A DNA stretch of 64,000 nucleotides, taken from NCBI GenBank assembly GCA_030770535.1, contig JASVEC010000024.1, positions 372,001 through 436,000 on the forward strand. Direction: 5' to 3'. The notes beneath the pieces are model-generated. The model did no database searches. It was not told the DNA's origin and was given only the letters and a program-made list of their open reading frames with translations. Source of the DNA: Batkoa obscura. Taxonomy: Eukaryota. Positions within the stretch are counted from its first letter, which is position 1; every line of letters begins with the position of its first letter. Below are positions 62,065 to 64,000 of this stretch, piece after piece. The position numbers and the translations under genes are program-made.

Positions 62065-63039
62065 ATGTTTAAATTGTACCAATCCTTCCAATTACCTTTA
62101 AAGGGCATAAAAAGGAGTTATTCCACCTCCCCAACAACTAAAAGCAGAAGTTTTTATTATGGATTAGGCTTAAGCGCTAGTGCCTTGCTTTATGGTCTTT
62201 ATCACTTGGTCAAATCGGATGATAATATTAATGAAATTGATTTTGTTCCATTCACTTTAACTTCTAAAACAAAATTAAACCACAACACTTCCCTATTTCA
62301 TTTACAGGGTACCTCTCCCATCAATTTTCCATTATTAAGTCATATTCAAGTGAAACATCATTTAATGCAAATCATGCGACCATATACTGTACTTCCATTG
62401 GAGTTTCAGAAAACTAAAGACGGATTTTTACAGAAAGATATAGTATTGATGATTAAAGAATACAATGATGGTCCAATGAGTCAATTTTTGTTTCGCAAAA
62501 AAGTAGGAGATAAAGTAGAAGTAAGGGGACCTTATTATACAATTCGAGAAGAGCTTAAAAAAGAAGGTAAATTAATCATGTTGGCAGCAGGTACTGGTAT
62601 TGCTCCATTTTATCAAATATTAAAAGTGGTTTTGAATGGAGAAACAAAACAGAAATTCGAATTGTTTTATTTTAATAGGAATAAAGAAGATATCTTATTA
62701 AAAAAAGAGTTGGATGAAATGAAATTGAAATTTAAAGATCAAGTAAAAGTTTATTATTATTGTGAGGATAATAAAGGGGATGATGAGATAGCTAATGGTA
62801 TTGTTAATTTTGAGTTAATAAATAATTATTTGAAAAAGAATCCATTATCAAGTAACGATAAAATATTGATTTGTGGACCTGAAGGGTAATTTAATATTTA
62901 ATATTTAATATTATAATTAATTGTTTTAAGGTTTTTAAGAGCGATAAGTGGAGCTAAATTAAATGATTATGAAGATGGAGAAGTAGCCGGAATATTAGGA
63001 AAATTAAATATTACTAAAGAACAGGTTTATAAATTATAG
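62065..63039 (+). CDS. Mitochondrial NADH-cytochrome b5 reductase-like flavoprotein (Mcr1/Cyc2-like), 2 exons
   Basis: Presequence-like N-terminus plus a TM segment; RPYT (FAD binding), GPMSQF, AAGTGIAPFYQ and CGPEG/FLRAISG...GILGKL..TKEQVYKL*. Confidence 0.88.
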
Positions 63040-63112
63040 ATAAATAAATATTAAATATTAAATATTAAAGATTAAAAATTAAACCTATTTCTGTTTCTAT
63101 TTTTATCTTATT

Positions 63113-64000
63113 TTAATAACGACAATGGTTGATATATCTAGGATAAGGAGAAGTATCTCTAATATGTTCTTGCCCTGTAATAAATTGTAAGAATCTTTCA
63201 ATACCTAAACCAAAGCCACCATGGGGTACAGAGCCATATCTCCTTAAATCTAAATACCATTGATACTCATTTAACATAGTTGAGTTCATGTTATTTTCTA
63301 ATATATTAATATCGTCTTCACGTAATGAACCTCCAATTAATTCTCCAATACCTGGTATTAATAAATCAAAACAAGCAACAGTACTGTTATCTTGATTCAA
63401 TTTCATATAAAAAGGTTTAATTTGTTTTGGATAATTAGTTATAAAAACTGGAGATTGATAGTAATTTGCTAAATATTTTTCATGCTCTGATTGTAAAGAT
63501 TTACCAACAATAGGCTGAAATTCAAATTTTTGTTTACTATTTTCTAATTCTTTGATTGCTTGTTGATAACTTAATCTATAAAATGGTTGGTTAATTACCA
63601 TATTTAATTTATTTAACAATTGCCCTTTTTCTGTTCCATATTTATCAAAAAATTCTAATTCTTCTTTGCCAACTTGTACTAAATATTTCAAACAATCTTT
63701 GATAACTACTTCAGCTAAATCCATCAATTGGTTTAAATCTTTAAGGAAAGCAAGTTCTAATTCAAACATCCAAAATTCAGCTAAATGTCGTGATGTCATT
63801 GAACCTTCCGCTCTGAATGTGGGACCAATTGTATAAACTCTAGATAAACTATTGGCTAACATTTCCAAATGTAATTGAGCTGAAACAGTTAAATAAGCTG
63901 GATTCCCAAAGAATTCTTCATTATTGCTTTTGATTTTGAATACTTCTCCTCCTCCTTCACAATCATGGGAGGTTATTATAGGAGTATGTACTTGAATAAA
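63113..64000 (-). CDS. Asparaginyl-tRNA synthetase (mitochondrial/bacterial type), 5' part outside the window
   Basis: AYLTVSAQLHLE, GPTFRAE..TSRHLAEFWM, ELIGGSLRE and WYLDLRRYGSVPHGGFGLGIER. Confidence 0.93.
   Translation of the reverse strand, partial: FIQVHTPIITSHDCEGGGEVFKIKSNNEEFFGNPAYLTVSAQLHLEMLANSLSRVYTIGPTFRAEGSMTSRHLAEFWMFELELAFLKDLNQLMDLAEVVIKDCLKYLVQVGKEELEFFDKYGTEKGQLLNKLNMVINQPFYRLSYQQAIKELENSKQKFEFQPIVGKSLQSEHEKYLANYYQSPVFITNYPKQIKPFYMKLNQDNSTVACFDLLIPGIGELIGGSLREDDINILENNMNSTMLNEYQWYLDLRRYGSVPHGGFGLGIERFLQFITGQEHIRDTSPYPRYINHCRY

Overview
Very AT-rich, compact eukaryotic DNA with many short GT-AG introns. The gene set and composition point to an early-diverging fungus, possibly Entomophthoromycotina/Conidiobolus-like (inference only). 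Recognisable genes: VPS60, STT4 (PI4-kinase), GNA1, SCAI-like, an oxysterol-binding protein, JmjC, WDR89-like, U1-C, GFA/CENP-V, a UPF0658-like membrane protein, IQGAP, histone H1, a DHA2 MFS transporter, a cytochrome b5 reductase-like gene, a partial AsnRS, and tRNA-Ser(AGA). The most notable non-core content is: (1) an apparently intact 2,464-bp cut-and-paste DNA transposon (57369-59832) with 22-bp TIRs, a 4-bp TSD and a 567-aa DDD transposase of Sola2-like type, plus about 18 cognate ~97-bp MITEs, two of them stacked head-to-tail against the full element; (2) a cluster of three Asn/His-rich hydrophilin/dehydrin-like genes, each with a CRE-like site exactly 25 bp upstream of its TATA box; (3) decayed paralogous pseudogenes (three F-box/LRR-like, two GST/eEF1B-gamma-like) whose stop codons are compatible with C-to-T mutation. 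Exon boundaries and family assignments were made by eye and no database search was run.
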